Source: Acetobacteraceae bacterium (GTDB lineage Bacteria; Pseudomonadota; Alphaproteobacteria; Acetobacterales; Acetobacteraceae). From it: a stretch of 64,000 nt of DNA. The position numbers and the translations under genes are program-made. This document shows, in pieces, positions 8,043 through 19,003 of the stretch (its first letter is position 1; each line of letters starts with the position of its first letter). The stretch spans positions 209,031-273,030 of the forward strand of contig CBDAQM010000004.1 in NCBI GenBank assembly GCA_965199095.1, given 5' to 3'. Under the pieces are notes generated by a model that worked only from the letters and a program-made list of their open reading frames with translations, was not told the origin of the DNA and made no database searches.

Positions 8043-10385
8043 ATGGACGGCCACCAGCACCACGGACCAGCCTGCGGCGGCGCGCCAGCCCGGCTCACCG
8101 CCACCGACCCGGTGTGCGGCATGACGGTCGATCCGGCGGCGGCCAAGCACCGCGCCGAGCATGAGGGCGTAGCCTACGCGTTTTGCTGCGAGGGCTGCCG
8201 GGCGAAGTTCGCAGCCGATCCGGCCAAATACCTCGCCCCCAAGCCGGAGGCGGTCCCGGCGGCCCCCGGCGCCACCTACACCTGCCCGATGCATCCGCAG
8301 GTCCTGCAGCAGGGACCAGGGGCCTGCCCGTTCTGCGGCATGGCGCTGGAGCCGATGGAGATCACGGCGGAAACGGGCCCGAACCCCGAATTGGCGGATA
8401 TGACCCGGCGGTTCTGGATCGGCCTGGCCCTGGCCCTGCCCGTCTTCGTCCTGGCGATGGGTGAACACATCCCGGCGCTGCGGATCGGCAGCATCCTGCC
8501 GCCGCACGTCTCACTCTGGGTCCAGTTCGCGTTGGCGACCCCGGTCGTGCTGTGGGCGGGGGCGCCGTTCTTCCAGCGCGGCTGGGCCTCGCTCGTCACC
8601 CGGCGGCTGAACATGTTCACCCTGATCGCGCTGGGAACCGGCGCCGCCTACCTCGACAGCGTGGTGGCGACGCTGGCGCCGGGGCTGTTCCCCGCCTCCT
8701 TCCGCAGCGCGGACGGCGCCGCACCGGCGTATTACGAGGCCGCCGCCGTCATCACGGTGCTGGCGCTGCTGGGCCAGGTGCTGGAGCTGCGGGCGCGGGA
8801 GCAGACCGGGCACGCCATCCGCACCTTGCTCAACCTGGCGCCGAAGACGGCATGGCGGCTGCGGGGCGGCGGCGATGAGGAGATCCCGGTGGCGCAGGTC
8901 GCCGTCGGGGACCGGCTGCGCGTCCGCCCCGGCGACGGCGTCCCGGTCGACGGCGTCGTGCTGGAGGGCAGCAGCGCCGTGGACGAGTCCATGGTGACGG
9001 GGGAGTCCGTGCCCGCCGGCAAGGCGCCGGGCGACACGCTGGTGGGCGGCACGGTCAACGGCACGGGCTCGCTGGTGATGCGGGCGGAGCGGGTCGGGTC
9101 GGACACCATGCTGGCCCGGATCGTCGCCATGGTGGCGGAGGCGCAACGAAGCCGTGCGCCGATCCAGCGCCTGGCCGACGCGGTTGCAGGCTGGTTCGTG
9201 CCGGCGGTGCTGGCGGCCGCCGTGCTGGCCTTCGCCGGCTGGGCGGTTTGGGGGCCGCCGCCCGCCCTCGCCTACGCGCTGGTCGCAGCCGTGTCGGTGG
9301 TCATCATCGCCTGCCCCTGCGCATTGGGGCTGGCGACACCGATGTCCATCGGCGTCGGGGTCGGGAAAGGGGCCGGGCACGGCATCCTCATCCGGTCGGC
9401 GGAAGCCCTGGAGCGCATGGCGTCGGTCACGACGCTGGTCGTGGACAAGACCGGCACCCTGACGGAGGGCAAGCCCAAGGTGGTCTCGGTCGTCGGGGCG
9501 GAAGGGGCGTCGGAGGCGGATGTGCTGGGGCTGGCGGCCAGCCTGGAACAGTCGAGCGAGCATCCGCTTGCCGCCGCCATCGTCGCCGCGGCGCGCGAGG
9601 CTGGGACGCCGCTGATCGAGGCAGCCGGTTTTACCTCCGTCACCGGCAAGGGCGTGGCCGGGCGGGTGGGCGAGCGCCGGGTCGTGCTCGGCAATGCCGC
9701 GATGATGGCGGACTCCGGCATCGACCCGGGCAGCCTTGTGGGCGAGGCGGACCGGCGCCGCGCCGGGGGGGCGAGTGCGCTGTTCGTCGCCGTGGATGGC
9801 AGGGCAGCCGGCGTCATCGCCATCGCCGACCCGGTGAAGGCCACGACGCCAGCAGCCATGGCCGCGCTGAAGGCCAGCGGTCTGCGCCTCGTGATGCTGA
9901 CGGGGGACAACGCGATCACCGCAGAGGCCGTGGCGCGCCAACTCGGCATCGACGAAATCCATGCCGGGATGCTGCCGGAGGACAAGCAGCGGATCATCCG
10001 CGCGTTGAAGGCGAACGGCGACGTGGTGGCCATGGCAGGCGATGGCGTGAACGACGCGCCGGCCCTTGCGGCGGCCGATGTGGGCATCGCCATGGGCACG
10101 GGAACGGAGGTGGCGATCCAAAGCGCCGGGATCACGCTGGTGAAGGGTGACCTGGCGGGCATCGCGCGGTCGTACGCCCTCAGCCGGATGGTGATGCGCA
10201 ACATCCGGCAGAACCTCGTCTTCGCCTTCGCCTACAATGTGGTCGGCATCCCGGTGGCCGCCGGGGTGCTTTACCCCGTGTTCGGCCTTGTGCTCAGCCC
10301 GATGGTCGCCGCGCTGGCGATGTCGCTGAGTTCGGTCTCCGTGATCGCGAACGCGCTGCGGATGCGGGCGGCGCCGCTGCCATGA
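8043..10385 (+). CDS. copA: copper-translocating P1B-type ATPase
   Basis: ORF 8043-10385. TGES (VTGESVP), CPC (IIACPCALGLATP), DKTGTLT, GDGVNDAP. N-terminus has a His-rich start, a TRASH/YHS-like DPVCGM..FCCEGCRAKF motif and YTCPMHP..CPFCGMALEP. Confidence 0.95.
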   Translation: MDGHQHHGPACGGAPARLTATDPVCGMTVDPAAAKHRAEHEGVAYAFCCEGCRAKFAADPAKYLAPKPEAVPAAPGATYTCPMHPQVLQQGPGACPFCGMALEPMEITAETGPNPELADMTRRFWIGLALALPVFVLAMGEHIPALRIGSILPPHVSLWVQFALATPVVLWAGAPFFQRGWASLVTRRLNMFTLIALGTGAAYLDSVVATLAPGLFPASFRSADGAAPAYYEAAAVITVLALLGQVLELRAREQTGHAIRTLLNLAPKTAWRLRGGGDEEIPVAQVAVGDRLRVRPGDGVPVDGVVLEGSSAVDESMVTGESVPAGKAPGDTLVGGTVNGTGSLVMRAERVGSDTMLARIVAMVAEAQRSRAPIQRLADAVAGWFVPAVLAAAVLAFAGWAVWGPPPALAYALVAAVSVVIIACPCALGLATPMSIGVGVGKGAGHGILIRSAEALERMASVTTLVVDKTGTLTEGKPKVVSVVGAEGASEADVLGLAASLEQSSEHPLAAAIVAAAREAGTPLIEAAGFTSVTGKGVAGRVGERRVVLGNAAMMADSGIDPGSLVGEADRRRAGGASALFVAVDGRAAGVIAIADPVKATTPAAMAALKASGLRLVMLTGDNAITAEAVARQLGIDEIHAGMLPEDKQRIIRALKANGDVVAMAGDGVNDAPALAAADVGIAMGTGTEVAIQSAGITLVKGDLAGIARSYALSRMVMRNIRQNLVFAFAYNVVGIPVAAGVLYPVFGLVLSPMVAALAMSLSSVSVIANALRMRAAPLP

Positions 10386-10735
10386 GCCGCGTTACGACGG
10401 GGTCGTGCGTCGCTGTCCTGGCCGTCGTTGCGGTTGCACTGGCGCAGTTGCCGGGCCGCGCGCAGCCATCGGCCGACCCGGACAGCGGCATGATGGCGGC
10501 CATGGAAGCGATGTCGCAGACGATGGCGGCGGCGCCGCTGACCGGTGACCCCGACCACGACTTCGTGGCGATGATGATCCCGCATCATCAGGGCGCCATC
10601 GCCATGGCGCAGTTTGAGTTGGCCCACGGCAAGGACCCGGCGATGCGCAAGCTGGCGCAAGCGATCATCACGGCCCAGGAGGCGGAAATCGCCGACATGC
10701 AGGCGTGGCAGAAGGAGGCCGCAAAGCCCCCGTAA
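10382..10735 (+). CDS. DUF305-family periplasmic protein (metal-resistance associated)
   Basis: ATGA overlap with the copA stop. Signal peptide, Met-rich segment (SGMMAAMEAMSQTMAA) and DHDFVAMMIPHHQGAIAMA..ITAQEAEIADMQAW, typical of DUF305. Confidence 0.8.
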   Translation: MSRVTTGSCVAVLAVVAVALAQLPGRAQPSADPDSGMMAAMEAMSQTMAAAPLTGDPDHDFVAMMIPHHQGAIAMAQFELAHGKDPAMRKLAQAIITAQEAEIADMQAWQKEAAKPP

Positions 10736-10745
10736 CAGCGAAGCA

Positions 10746-11309
10746 CTATGCGCGCCCCAGCATTTTCTTCAGCGTGAATATGACGGCGGCACGTTCGCCG
10801 GGATTGAGTTCGCCCATCGTGAGTTCGCTGATGTGATGCGCACGAGGGATCATGCGATGCAGCAGTTCAGCCCCGCTATCGGTCAGCACCACGATGACCT
10901 TCCGCCGGTCGTGGGGGTCGGACTGAAATTCGACCAGCTCCCGCTGCTTCAGGCGTTCAATAATGCCGCGGATCGTCGCTTGATCGATGCCGGTGGCCGT
11001 TATGATGTCGGTCTGGTTGCTCGGTCCCCGGTCGCGCAACGTGCACAGGGTGACAAACTGGGTCGAGGTGAGCAGATCAACGGCATTGCCCTGGAAAATC
11101 GCCAGATGCCGCTGATAGGCCCGGCGCAGCAGATGGCCGATCTGTTCCGAGAAGTCGTACTCCTCCGGGTGGTGAGCCGAACTGGGGGCGCCGGGGTCTG
11201 GACGAGCGTCAAGCTCGGCCCGCTTGCGGCTCAGCCCGGCACGCTTTCGAGCGGGGCCACCACCTTGCCGCCCAGCACCACCGGCTGGTTGTCGAGCAGC
11301 ACGTCGCAT
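10746..11309 (-). CDS. nicR: MarR-family transcriptional regulator, NicR-like by context
   Basis: ORF 10746-11420. MarR winged-helix core (LTSTQFVTLCTLRDRGPSNQTDIITATGIDQATIRGIIERLKQRELVEFQSDPHDRRKVIVVLT) directly downstream of nicX, as in the P. putida nicXR unit. Start is uncertain: ATG 11309 overlaps nicX by 78 nt and no canonical start lies closer. Confidence 0.7.
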   Translation of the reverse strand: MRRAARQPAGGAGRQGGGPARKRAGLSRKRAELDARPDPGAPSSAHHPEEYDFSEQIGHLLRRAYQRHLAIFQGNAVDLLTSTQFVTLCTLRDRGPSNQTDIITATGIDQATIRGIIERLKQRELVEFQSDPHDRRKVIVVLTDSGAELLHRMIPRAHHISELTMGELNPGERAAVIFTLKKMLGRA

Positions 11310-12283
11310 TTGCGGAGCGGGATGTCCATGTGACACGGCGTCTTGCGGCTGCCGCCGACCTCGGTGTTGGGGCCGGTGGAGAACAGGAAATTGCCAGCGA
11401 AGGCGCGGGCGTCCATGCACATGCCGTCATTGCGGTCGTGCAGTCCCATCGCGGTCCATTGCGCACGGGGTTGCAGCCCCCAGCCGATATGGGAGATGCC
11501 GTACACCTCCGGATCCTTGAAATAGGACAGGTAGTCACGGAGGTATTCTGCGTCGAACCCGCCATGGATCGCGGTGACGAACCCGTTCTCCACCTCAAGC
11601 GTGATCGGGTCGCGCACGTAGCTTTTGAACGGCAGCAAGATGTCCCCGGTGTCGATCACCAGCTTGCCCTGCGCCGTCCCCTCGTTCGGCCACGAAAACA
11701 GGAAGCCGCTCGGCCAGTGGTCCCAGCGCCCTGGCTCGTCGGCGAAGCCGTATTCCGTGACGGCCGGATACTGCCCGAGCGCCGCCGTGAAATCCGTGCC
11801 GGCTTCGGAGGTGACGCGGATCGCGGTTGCCGCCTTCAGCGCCGTTTCGGCCGCCAGCACGCGCGTCTTATCCGCCTGGCTTGGGAGCATGCGGGCCAGC
11901 ACCTCCGGCGGTTCGACCGCCAGAAGGATGCGGGTGCCGGTCTTCAGAATCTGTTCCTGTTCGGGTGAATGCAGCAGCAGCATCGTATCGACGATCAGGT
12001 CGGCGCATTCGAGCGCGCGTTGCGCCGCGACGTTCCCAGTCAGCGAGGTGTCGCCGCAATAGGCCGTCATGTCGTTGCCCATCGCCTTCGGGTGGTTGAA
12101 GGCCGGCAGCTCCACCCCGAACACCTTGGCGCCGAGCCGGACGGACGCCTCCATGGCGGCTTTCACGATCCGCGCGTTGCTGTAATGGCTTTTCAGCACG
12201 GCGACGCTCTGTGTGCTGTCCACCTTGGAGTTTCGCAGCACATGTTCGAACATCATGGTCAGGTCGATGTCGCTGACGGGCAT
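11231..12283 (-). CDS. nicX: 2,5-dihydroxypyridine 5,6-dioxygenase (M29 aminopeptidase-fold, NicX/Hpo family)
   Basis: Internal ATG (Met54 of ORF 11231-12442) gives 350 aa, MPVSDIDLTMMFEHVL..SVAVLKSHYS..ELPAFNHP.AMGNDMTAYCGDT..GISHIGWGLQPRAQWTAMGLHDRNDGMCMDARAF.GNFLFSTGPNTEVGG.RKTPCH.DIPLR. From memory this is near-colinear with P. putida NicX. Confidence 0.9.
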   Translation of the reverse strand: MPVSDIDLTMMFEHVLRNSKVDSTQSVAVLKSHYSNARIVKAAMEASVRLGAKVFGVELPAFNHPKAMGNDMTAYCGDTSLTGNVAAQRALECADLIVDTMLLLHSPEQEQILKTGTRILLAVEPPEVLARMLPSQADKTRVLAAETALKAATAIRVTSEAGTDFTAALGQYPAVTEYGFADEPGRWDHWPSGFLFSWPNEGTAQGKLVIDTGDILLPFKSYVRDPITLEVENGFVTAIHGGFDAEYLRDYLSYFKDPEVYGISHIGWGLQPRAQWTAMGLHDRNDGMCMDARAFAGNFLFSTGPNTEVGGSRKTPCHMDIPLRKCDVLLDNQPVVLGGKVVAPLESVPG

Positions 12284-12453
12284 GGTCACGCTCCGGGCCG
12301 TGGGGACGATGACGGAGTGTGCACGCTTCATCTGCCCGGCGCGACAGAAAACATGAAGCGCCTGGCAAATCGGCGGCCTTTGCCTCCAGCGTTTATTTAA
12401 TAGGCATCTCTGTCCGACTCCTTGCCGGCAGCCGAAAAACAAGTCTTGAATAA

Positions 12454-13662
<1,209 letters not shown>

Positions 13663-13668
13663 CCCGCG

Positions 13669-14127
13669 GTGCAGGGCGTGACGCTGCATGTCAACGGCGT
13701 CGCGTTCTGCCTGCCTCTCGCGCCGGCCACCCGGCTGCTCTACGTGCTGCGCAACGACCTGGCGCTGAATGGCCCGAAATTCGGCTGTGGCCTCGGGGAA
13801 TGCGGCGCCTGCGCCGTGCTGGTGGACGGGCGCGCCGCGCGGTCGTGCTGCATCACCCTGGCGGTGGTCGCCGGGCGGCAGGTGACGACGCTGGAAGGAC
13901 TGACGGAAAACGGGCGGCCCGGCCGGGTGCAGCGGGCCTTCATTGACGAGCAGGCCGCCCAATGCGGCTACTGCCTCAACGGCATGATCATCGCGACGGA
14001 GGCGTTGTTGCGCCGGGTGCCCCATCCGACGGAGGCGCAGATCCGCCGTGAGTTGCAGCACAACCTATGCCGCTGCGGCACGCATATCGAGATCCTGGCG
14101 GCGGTACGCCGGGCCGCCGTCGCATGA
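13669..14127 (+). CDS. nicA: nicotinate dehydrogenase small subunit, [2Fe-2S]-binding
   Basis: GTG start. Two cluster motifs, CGLGECGACAV..C and CGYCLNGMI..CRCGTH. ATGA overlap with the large-subunit gene. Confidence 0.9.
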   Translation: MQGVTLHVNGVAFCLPLAPATRLLYVLRNDLALNGPKFGCGLGECGACAVLVDGRAARSCCITLAVVAGRQVTTLEGLTENGRPGRVQRAFIDEQAAQCGYCLNGMIIATEALLRRVPHPTEAQIRRELQHNLCRCGTHIEILAAVRRAAVA

Positions 14128-17100
14128 CCCGCAAGGAGCTGCTGGAACAGCCCGGCGTGCTGCTGATCACCCGGCCGCCCATCCCGCATGCCGGGCTGGC
14201 GCCGCTTCGGCCCGGCGCCAATCTGGTGGACGAACCCGACATCCTGCTCGCCATCTTCGCGGACGAGCGCGTCACGGGCTTCAGCGGTCATGTGGACCTG
14301 GGCACAGGCGTCCGTACCGCGCTGGCGCAGATCGTGGCGGAGGAGCTGGACGTGCCCATCGCCCGGGTGGAGATGGTGTTGGGCGATACCGAAGCCACGC
14401 CCGACCAAGGCCCGACCATCGCCAGCGAGACCATCCAGGTGACGGCCGTCGCCCTCCGCCGCGCCGCCGCGCAGGCCCGTGCCCTGCTGCTTGCGGAAGC
14501 CGCGACCGTGCTGGACGCGCCGGCCGACAGCGTTGCGGTGGAAGACGGCGTGGTGCAGGGCGCCGGACGCCGGGTCAGCTACGGCACGCTGATCGGCGGC
14601 CGGGCGTGGCACGCGACGCTGTCGGACGCGGCCGCACCCAAGGCGCCAGCGGAATACCGTTTGGTGGGCCAGCCGGTGCCGCGGGTGGACATCCCGGCCA
14701 TGGCGGTCGGCGCCTTCACCTACGTGCATGATCTGCGCGTCCCCGGCATGCTGCACGGCCGCGTCGTCCGGCCGCCCTATCTCGGCCACGACAGCGGGCC
14801 GTTCGTTGGGCGCTGCCTGCAGGCGGTGGACGAGCGCTCCGTCGCCGATGTGCCCGGCCTGGTCGCCGTGGTCACGATCGAGGACTTCATCGGCGTGGTG
14901 GCCGAGCGGGAGGAGCACGCAGTCCAGGCCATGCGGCAGCTCCGCGTGGTGTGGAAACCGTTCACGGCGGGCGTCGACCTCACGGATGTGGCGGGCGCGC
15001 TGCGGCGGCAGGACTCGACCCGGCGGTCCCTGCTGGTGAAGGGCGATGTGGACGCGGCGCTGGCGGGGGCGCAGACCGTGCTGCGGCGCAGCTATGGCTG
15101 GCCCTATCAGATGCACGGCTCCATCGGCCCGTCCTGCGCGGTGGCGGACCACGCGCCCGGGCGCTTGCAAGTCTGGTCCGGGACGCAGAACCCGCATCTG
15201 CTGCGCAGCGATCTATGCCGCCTGCTGGGCATGGCCGAAACCGAAGTGGAGGTCGTGCGGCTGGAAGCGTCCGGATGCTACGGCCGCAACTGTGCGGATG
15301 ACGTCGCGGGGGACGCCGCCCTGCTGTCGCGCGCCGTGGGCCGCCCGGTGCGGGTGCAACTGACCCGGGAGCAGGAGCACGCGTGGGAGCCGAAGGGCGC
15401 CGCGCAAGTCTCGGACGTTGCCGGCGGGATCGATGCGGCCGGCGACCCGGTGGGCTATGATTTCGTGACCCGCTATCCCTCCAACCTTGCGCCGATGCTG
15501 CCGCTGCTGCTGACCGGCGCGGCGCCGGCGGTGGCCGATGTCACGCAGATGGGCGACCGCACCGCCGTGCCGCCCTATGCCTACCCGGCCATGCGGATCG
15601 CGGTGGAGGACATGGCGCCGCTGGTGCGTGCGTCCTGGTTCCGCGGCGTGTCCGCCTTGCCCAACAGCTTCGCCCATGAGTGTTTCATCGACGAGCTCGC
15701 GACGGCGGCGGGGGTGGACCCGGTGGAGTACCGCCTCCGCTACCTCCCGGATGCACGGGCCGTGGAGCTGGTGCGCGCCGTGGCGGAGCGGGTCGGCTGG
15801 GAGGCGCATACCGGGCCGCGTTTGCGCGTGGAGGGGGACATCGCCCGCGGGCAAGGATTCGCCTACGCGGTTTACGTCCACGGCGCCTTCCCCGGCGTCG
15901 CCGCGGCCTATGCGGCCTGGGCGGCGGAGGTGGAGGTCAACCGCCGCACCGGCGAGGTGGCCGTCACCCGGGTGACGGTGGGGCACGATGCCGGGCTGAT
16001 GATCAACCCGGCGGGGGTGCGCCACCAGGTGCATGGCAACGTCATGCAAACCACCAGCCGCACGCTGATGGAGCAGGTGGGTTTCGACGAGCGCGCCCTT
16101 GTCACCAGCCAGGAATGGGGCGCCTACCCCATCATGACCTTCCGCGAGGTGCCGGAGGTCGACGTGCTGCTGATGCAGCGGCCGGACCAACCTCCCCTGG
16201 GGGTAGGCGAATCTGCGTCGGTGCCCGGGGCGGCGGCGATCGCCAACGCCATCTTTGACGCCACGGGCGTGCGGTTCCGCAGCGCGCCCTTCACCAAGGA
16301 CGTCATCCTCGCCGGGCTGAGCGCGGCCGGGCCGCCGCCGCGCAAGCGCCGCCGATGGTTTGGCGCTGCCGCGGTGCTGGCCACGGCGGCGGCTGGTCTG
16401 GTGGGGTGGCACGGCGCCCTGCCGCGCGCGACGCCGCCGGGTGCGGACGTGTTCAGCCCGGCGCTGGTCGAACGGGGGCGCCTGCTGGCTGCGGCGGGGG
16501 ATTGCGCGGTGTGCCACACGGCCAGCTATGCGGGTGGCCGGGCGATCCACACGCCGTTCGGCGCCGTCTACGCCGCCAACATCACGCCGGACGTGGCGAC
16601 GGGTATCGGCAGCTACTCCTTCCCAGCCTTCCAGCGCGCCATGCGGGACGGCATCGCGCGGGATGGGCGCAATCTGTATCCGGCCTTCCCCTACACCGCC
16701 TTCAGCAAGATCACGGATGGCGACTTGCTGGCGCTGTATGCCTTCCTGATGGCGCAGCCGGCAGTCTCGGCACGGGCGCCGCCGCCCGAGCTCGCCTTTC
16801 CGGCCAATCTCCGTCCGCTGATGGCCGGCTGGAACCTCCTGTTCCATCGCCCCGCGCCGTTCACGCCGGACCCGGCGCGTCCGGCGCTGTGGAACCGCGG
16901 CGCCTACCTGGTGGAGGCTGTGGGCCATTGCGGCGCGTGCCACACGCCGCGCAACGCGCTGGGGGCGGAGCGGCGCGGCGCGGCCCTGGCCGGCGGCAGG
17001 GTGGAGGGGTGGGATGCGCCGGCGCTGACCGCCGCATCCCTGTCCCCCGTGACGTGGACGGAGCAGGCGCTGTACGACTACCTCCGCACCGGGCATTCGG

Positions 17101-17603
17101 CGGAGCACGGCGTGGCGGCAGGGCCGATGGCTGCCGTGGTGGCGCAACTGGCCGCGCTGCCGGATGGCGATATCGCCGCGATGGCGCATTACCTGGCGGA
17201 TGGACGCGCCGCCGCGACCGCGGGGCAGGCGGACACGCTGTCGGATGCATCCTGGCAGGGCCTGGCCGCGGACGCGTCCGAAGGGGCGCGCATCTTCGCC
17301 GGCGCGTGCCAATCCTGCCACCATGACGGTTCGGGGCCGCCGGTGTTCGGCGCCCATGTCGCGCTCGCCTTGAACACCAGCCTGCACGCGACACGGCCGG
17401 ACAACCTGCTGCGCGTGTTGCTGGACGGCATCGAGGTCCCGGCCCGCCCGGCGCTTGGCACCATGCCGCCCTTCCGCGACAGCCTGAATGACAGGCAACT
17501 CGCCGAACTGGCCCGCTTCCTCCGCGCCCGCTTCGCGCCAGGCCGCCCGGCCTGGACGGGGCTGGAGCAGTCCGCAGCACGAGTGCGGGCGTCAGGAGAG
17601 TGA
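14124..17603 (+). CDS. nicB: nicotinate dehydrogenase large subunit: molybdopterin-binding domain fused to a tri-haem cytochrome c domain
   Basis: Internal ATG (Met20 of ORF 14067-17603). IorB/aldehyde-oxidase-like Mo-binding body, then three CxxCH motifs (CAVCH, CGACH, CQSCH) in the C-terminal ~400 aa, which is the NicB architecture. Confidence 0.9.
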   Translation: MTRKELLEQPGVLLITRPPIPHAGLAPLRPGANLVDEPDILLAIFADERVTGFSGHVDLGTGVRTALAQIVAEELDVPIARVEMVLGDTEATPDQGPTIASETIQVTAVALRRAAAQARALLLAEAATVLDAPADSVAVEDGVVQGAGRRVSYGTLIGGRAWHATLSDAAAPKAPAEYRLVGQPVPRVDIPAMAVGAFTYVHDLRVPGMLHGRVVRPPYLGHDSGPFVGRCLQAVDERSVADVPGLVAVVTIEDFIGVVAEREEHAVQAMRQLRVVWKPFTAGVDLTDVAGALRRQDSTRRSLLVKGDVDAALAGAQTVLRRSYGWPYQMHGSIGPSCAVADHAPGRLQVWSGTQNPHLLRSDLCRLLGMAETEVEVVRLEASGCYGRNCADDVAGDAALLSRAVGRPVRVQLTREQEHAWEPKGAAQVSDVAGGIDAAGDPVGYDFVTRYPSNLAPMLPLLLTGAAPAVADVTQMGDRTAVPPYAYPAMRIAVEDMAPLVRASWFRGVSALPNSFAHECFIDELATAAGVDPVEYRLRYLPDARAVELVRAVAERVGWEAHTGPRLRVEGDIARGQGFAYAVYVHGAFPGVAAAYAAWAAEVEVNRRTGEVAVTRVTVGHDAGLMINPAGVRHQVHGNVMQTTSRTLMEQVGFDERALVTSQEWGAYPIMTFREVPEVDVLLMQRPDQPPLGVGESASVPGAAAIANAIFDATGVRFRSAPFTKDVILAGLSAAGPPPRKRRRWFGAAAVLATAAAGLVGWHGALPRATPPGADVFSPALVERGRLLAAAGDCAVCHTASYAGGRAIHTPFGAVYAANITPDVATGIGSYSFPAFQRAMRDGIARDGRNLYPAFPYTAFSKITDGDLLALYAFLMAQPAVSARAPPPELAFPANLRPLMAGWNLLFHRPAPFTPDPARPALWNRGAYLVEAVGHCGACHTPRNALGAERRGAALAGGRVEGWDAPALTAASLSPVTWTEQALYDYLRTGHSAEHGVAAGPMAAVVAQLAALPDGDIAAMAHYLADGRAAATAGQADTLSDASWQGLAADASEGARIFAGACQSCHHDGSGPPVFGAHVALALNTSLHATRPDNLLRVLLDGIEVPARPALGTMPPFRDSLNDRQLAELARFLRARFAPGRPAWTGLEQSAARVRASGE

Positions 17604-17614
17604 AGGAAACGCCT

Positions 17615-18922
17615 ATGTCCCAGCGCCGGATGCACCTCGTCGCGTATCTGAAGACGGGCCCCACCGCCCTGCATAATGGCGGCTGGCGGCATCCCGAATC
17701 GACGCTGGACGACATCCTGAACCCGGAGCGCTACCAGCACATCGCGCGCGTGCTGGAGGCGGCGAAGTTCGATGGCTGCTTCTTCGCCGACCTGTTCGGC
17801 CTCTATGACCTGCATGGCGGCAGCTACGACGCCTATGTGCGCCGGGGCGGGCAAATTTCCTTCCTGGACCCGACGGTGGTGCTGCCGGTGATGGCGGCGG
17901 TCACGCGCCATCTCGGGCTGGGGGCGACGCTCTCCACCTCCTTCCACACCGCCTACCATCTCGCCCGCTGGCTGGGCTCGCTGGACGCGATGAGTGGCGG
18001 GCGGGTCGCCTGGAACGTCGTCACCTCCGCCACCGACCTCGAGGCGCGCAACGCCGGCATGGAACATCTGCCGCCGCGGGAGGAGCGCTACGACCGCGCC
18101 GATGAGGTGCTGGAGGCGTGCTTTGCGCTGTGGAATAGCTGGGACGCGGACGCCTTCGTCAAGGACAAGGAGGCCGGCATCCTGGCGGACCCGGCGAAGG
18201 TGCACTACGCCAACTACGAAGGCCGCTGGGTCAAGACGCGCGGCCCGCTGTCCATCCCGCGCAGCGCGCAGGGGCATCCCGTCATCATGCAGGCCGGCGG
18301 CTCCGACCGGGGGCGGGAGTTTGCGGCGCGTTGGGCGGAGGTGATTTTCACCGCCCAGAACGGGCTGGAGGACATGCGGGCGTTCTACGACGACATCAAG
18401 GCCCGCATGGCCTCGGTCGGCCGCGGTCCGGGCGAGTGCGCGATCCTGCCGGCCATCAGCGTGGTGCTCGGCGAGACGGAGGGGATCGCGCGGGAACGGG
18501 CAGCCTATCTCGACAGCTTGATCGACCCGGAGCTGAACCGTGCGTCTACCTCGAGCAACCTGGGCGTGGACATGACGAAGGTGACGGACGAGTCGGCGCT
18601 GGCCAAGCTGCAGGGCAACCAGGGCATGAAGGGCTCGGAGGACGTGATCCGGCAGACGATGAAAGCCGAGGGCATCACGCTGTCGCAGGCGGCCGCCAAG
18701 CGTGGCGAGGGCAGGCTGGTGGTGGGCACGGCACAGACGGTGGCCGACCATCTGCAGTCCCTCTTCGAAGACGGTGTCTGCGACGGCTTCGTGCTGACGC
18801 CGAGCATGTTCCCCGGCATGTTCGAGCAGTTCTGCCGCAGCGTCGTCCCGGAGTTGCAGCGGCGCGGGTTGTTCCGCACGGACTACACCGGCCGCACGCT
18901 GCGCGAGAACCTGCAAGGCTGA
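17615..18922 (+). CDS. NtaA/DszA/SnaA-family FMN-dependent monooxygenase (two-component type; no reductase gene seen)
   Basis: ORF 17600-18922. ATG 17615 is preceded by GAAGGAAA. HLVAYLKTGPTALHNGGWRHPES..FFADLFGLYD..AWNVVTS is typical of the family. Begins 12 nt after the nicB stop. Confidence 0.85.
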   Translation: MSQRRMHLVAYLKTGPTALHNGGWRHPESTLDDILNPERYQHIARVLEAAKFDGCFFADLFGLYDLHGGSYDAYVRRGGQISFLDPTVVLPVMAAVTRHLGLGATLSTSFHTAYHLARWLGSLDAMSGGRVAWNVVTSATDLEARNAGMEHLPPREERYDRADEVLEACFALWNSWDADAFVKDKEAGILADPAKVHYANYEGRWVKTRGPLSIPRSAQGHPVIMQAGGSDRGREFAARWAEVIFTAQNGLEDMRAFYDDIKARMASVGRGPGECAILPAISVVLGETEGIARERAAYLDSLIDPELNRASTSSNLGVDMTKVTDESALAKLQGNQGMKGSEDVIRQTMKAEGITLSQAAAKRGEGRLVVGTAQTVADHLQSLFEDGVCDGFVLTPSMFPGMFEQFCRSVVPELQRRGLFRTDYTGRTLRENLQG

Positions 18923-19003
18923 GAAGCGGATGCAAGGCTCGAAGTTGGCACTTCCAGTCCGGCGCTCCTTGCGCCTAATACTCGTTATGGAAGGAGGCGG
19001 CCA

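Noticed and set aside
7884-8507. A 207-aa minus-strand ORF covering the tRNA gene and the copA 5' region.
   Set aside because: It overlaps a confidently folded tRNA and the copA N-terminal metal-binding region, and its sequence is low-complexity. It is not credible as a gene.
7865-10735. A possible tRNA-anchored genomic island carrying copA-DUF305.
   Set aside because: I found no integrase, no transposase and no direct repeat of the tRNA 3' end downstream by eye. The composition looks like the rest of the window. Adjacency to a tRNA alone is not evidence.
15213-17498. A 761-aa minus-strand ORF inside nicB, plus other long alternative-frame ORFs such as 494-1978, 8511-10121, 32183-34219, 35895-37895, 56324-58240 and 26600-28321.
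   Set aside because: All lie opposite or out of frame to well-supported genes (SBP, copA, mccA, enolase/SDR, Qor/esterase, PcaL-like). Their composition is low-complexity Arg/Gly/Pro/Ala, and they lack RBS or family motifs. They are GC-driven artefacts.
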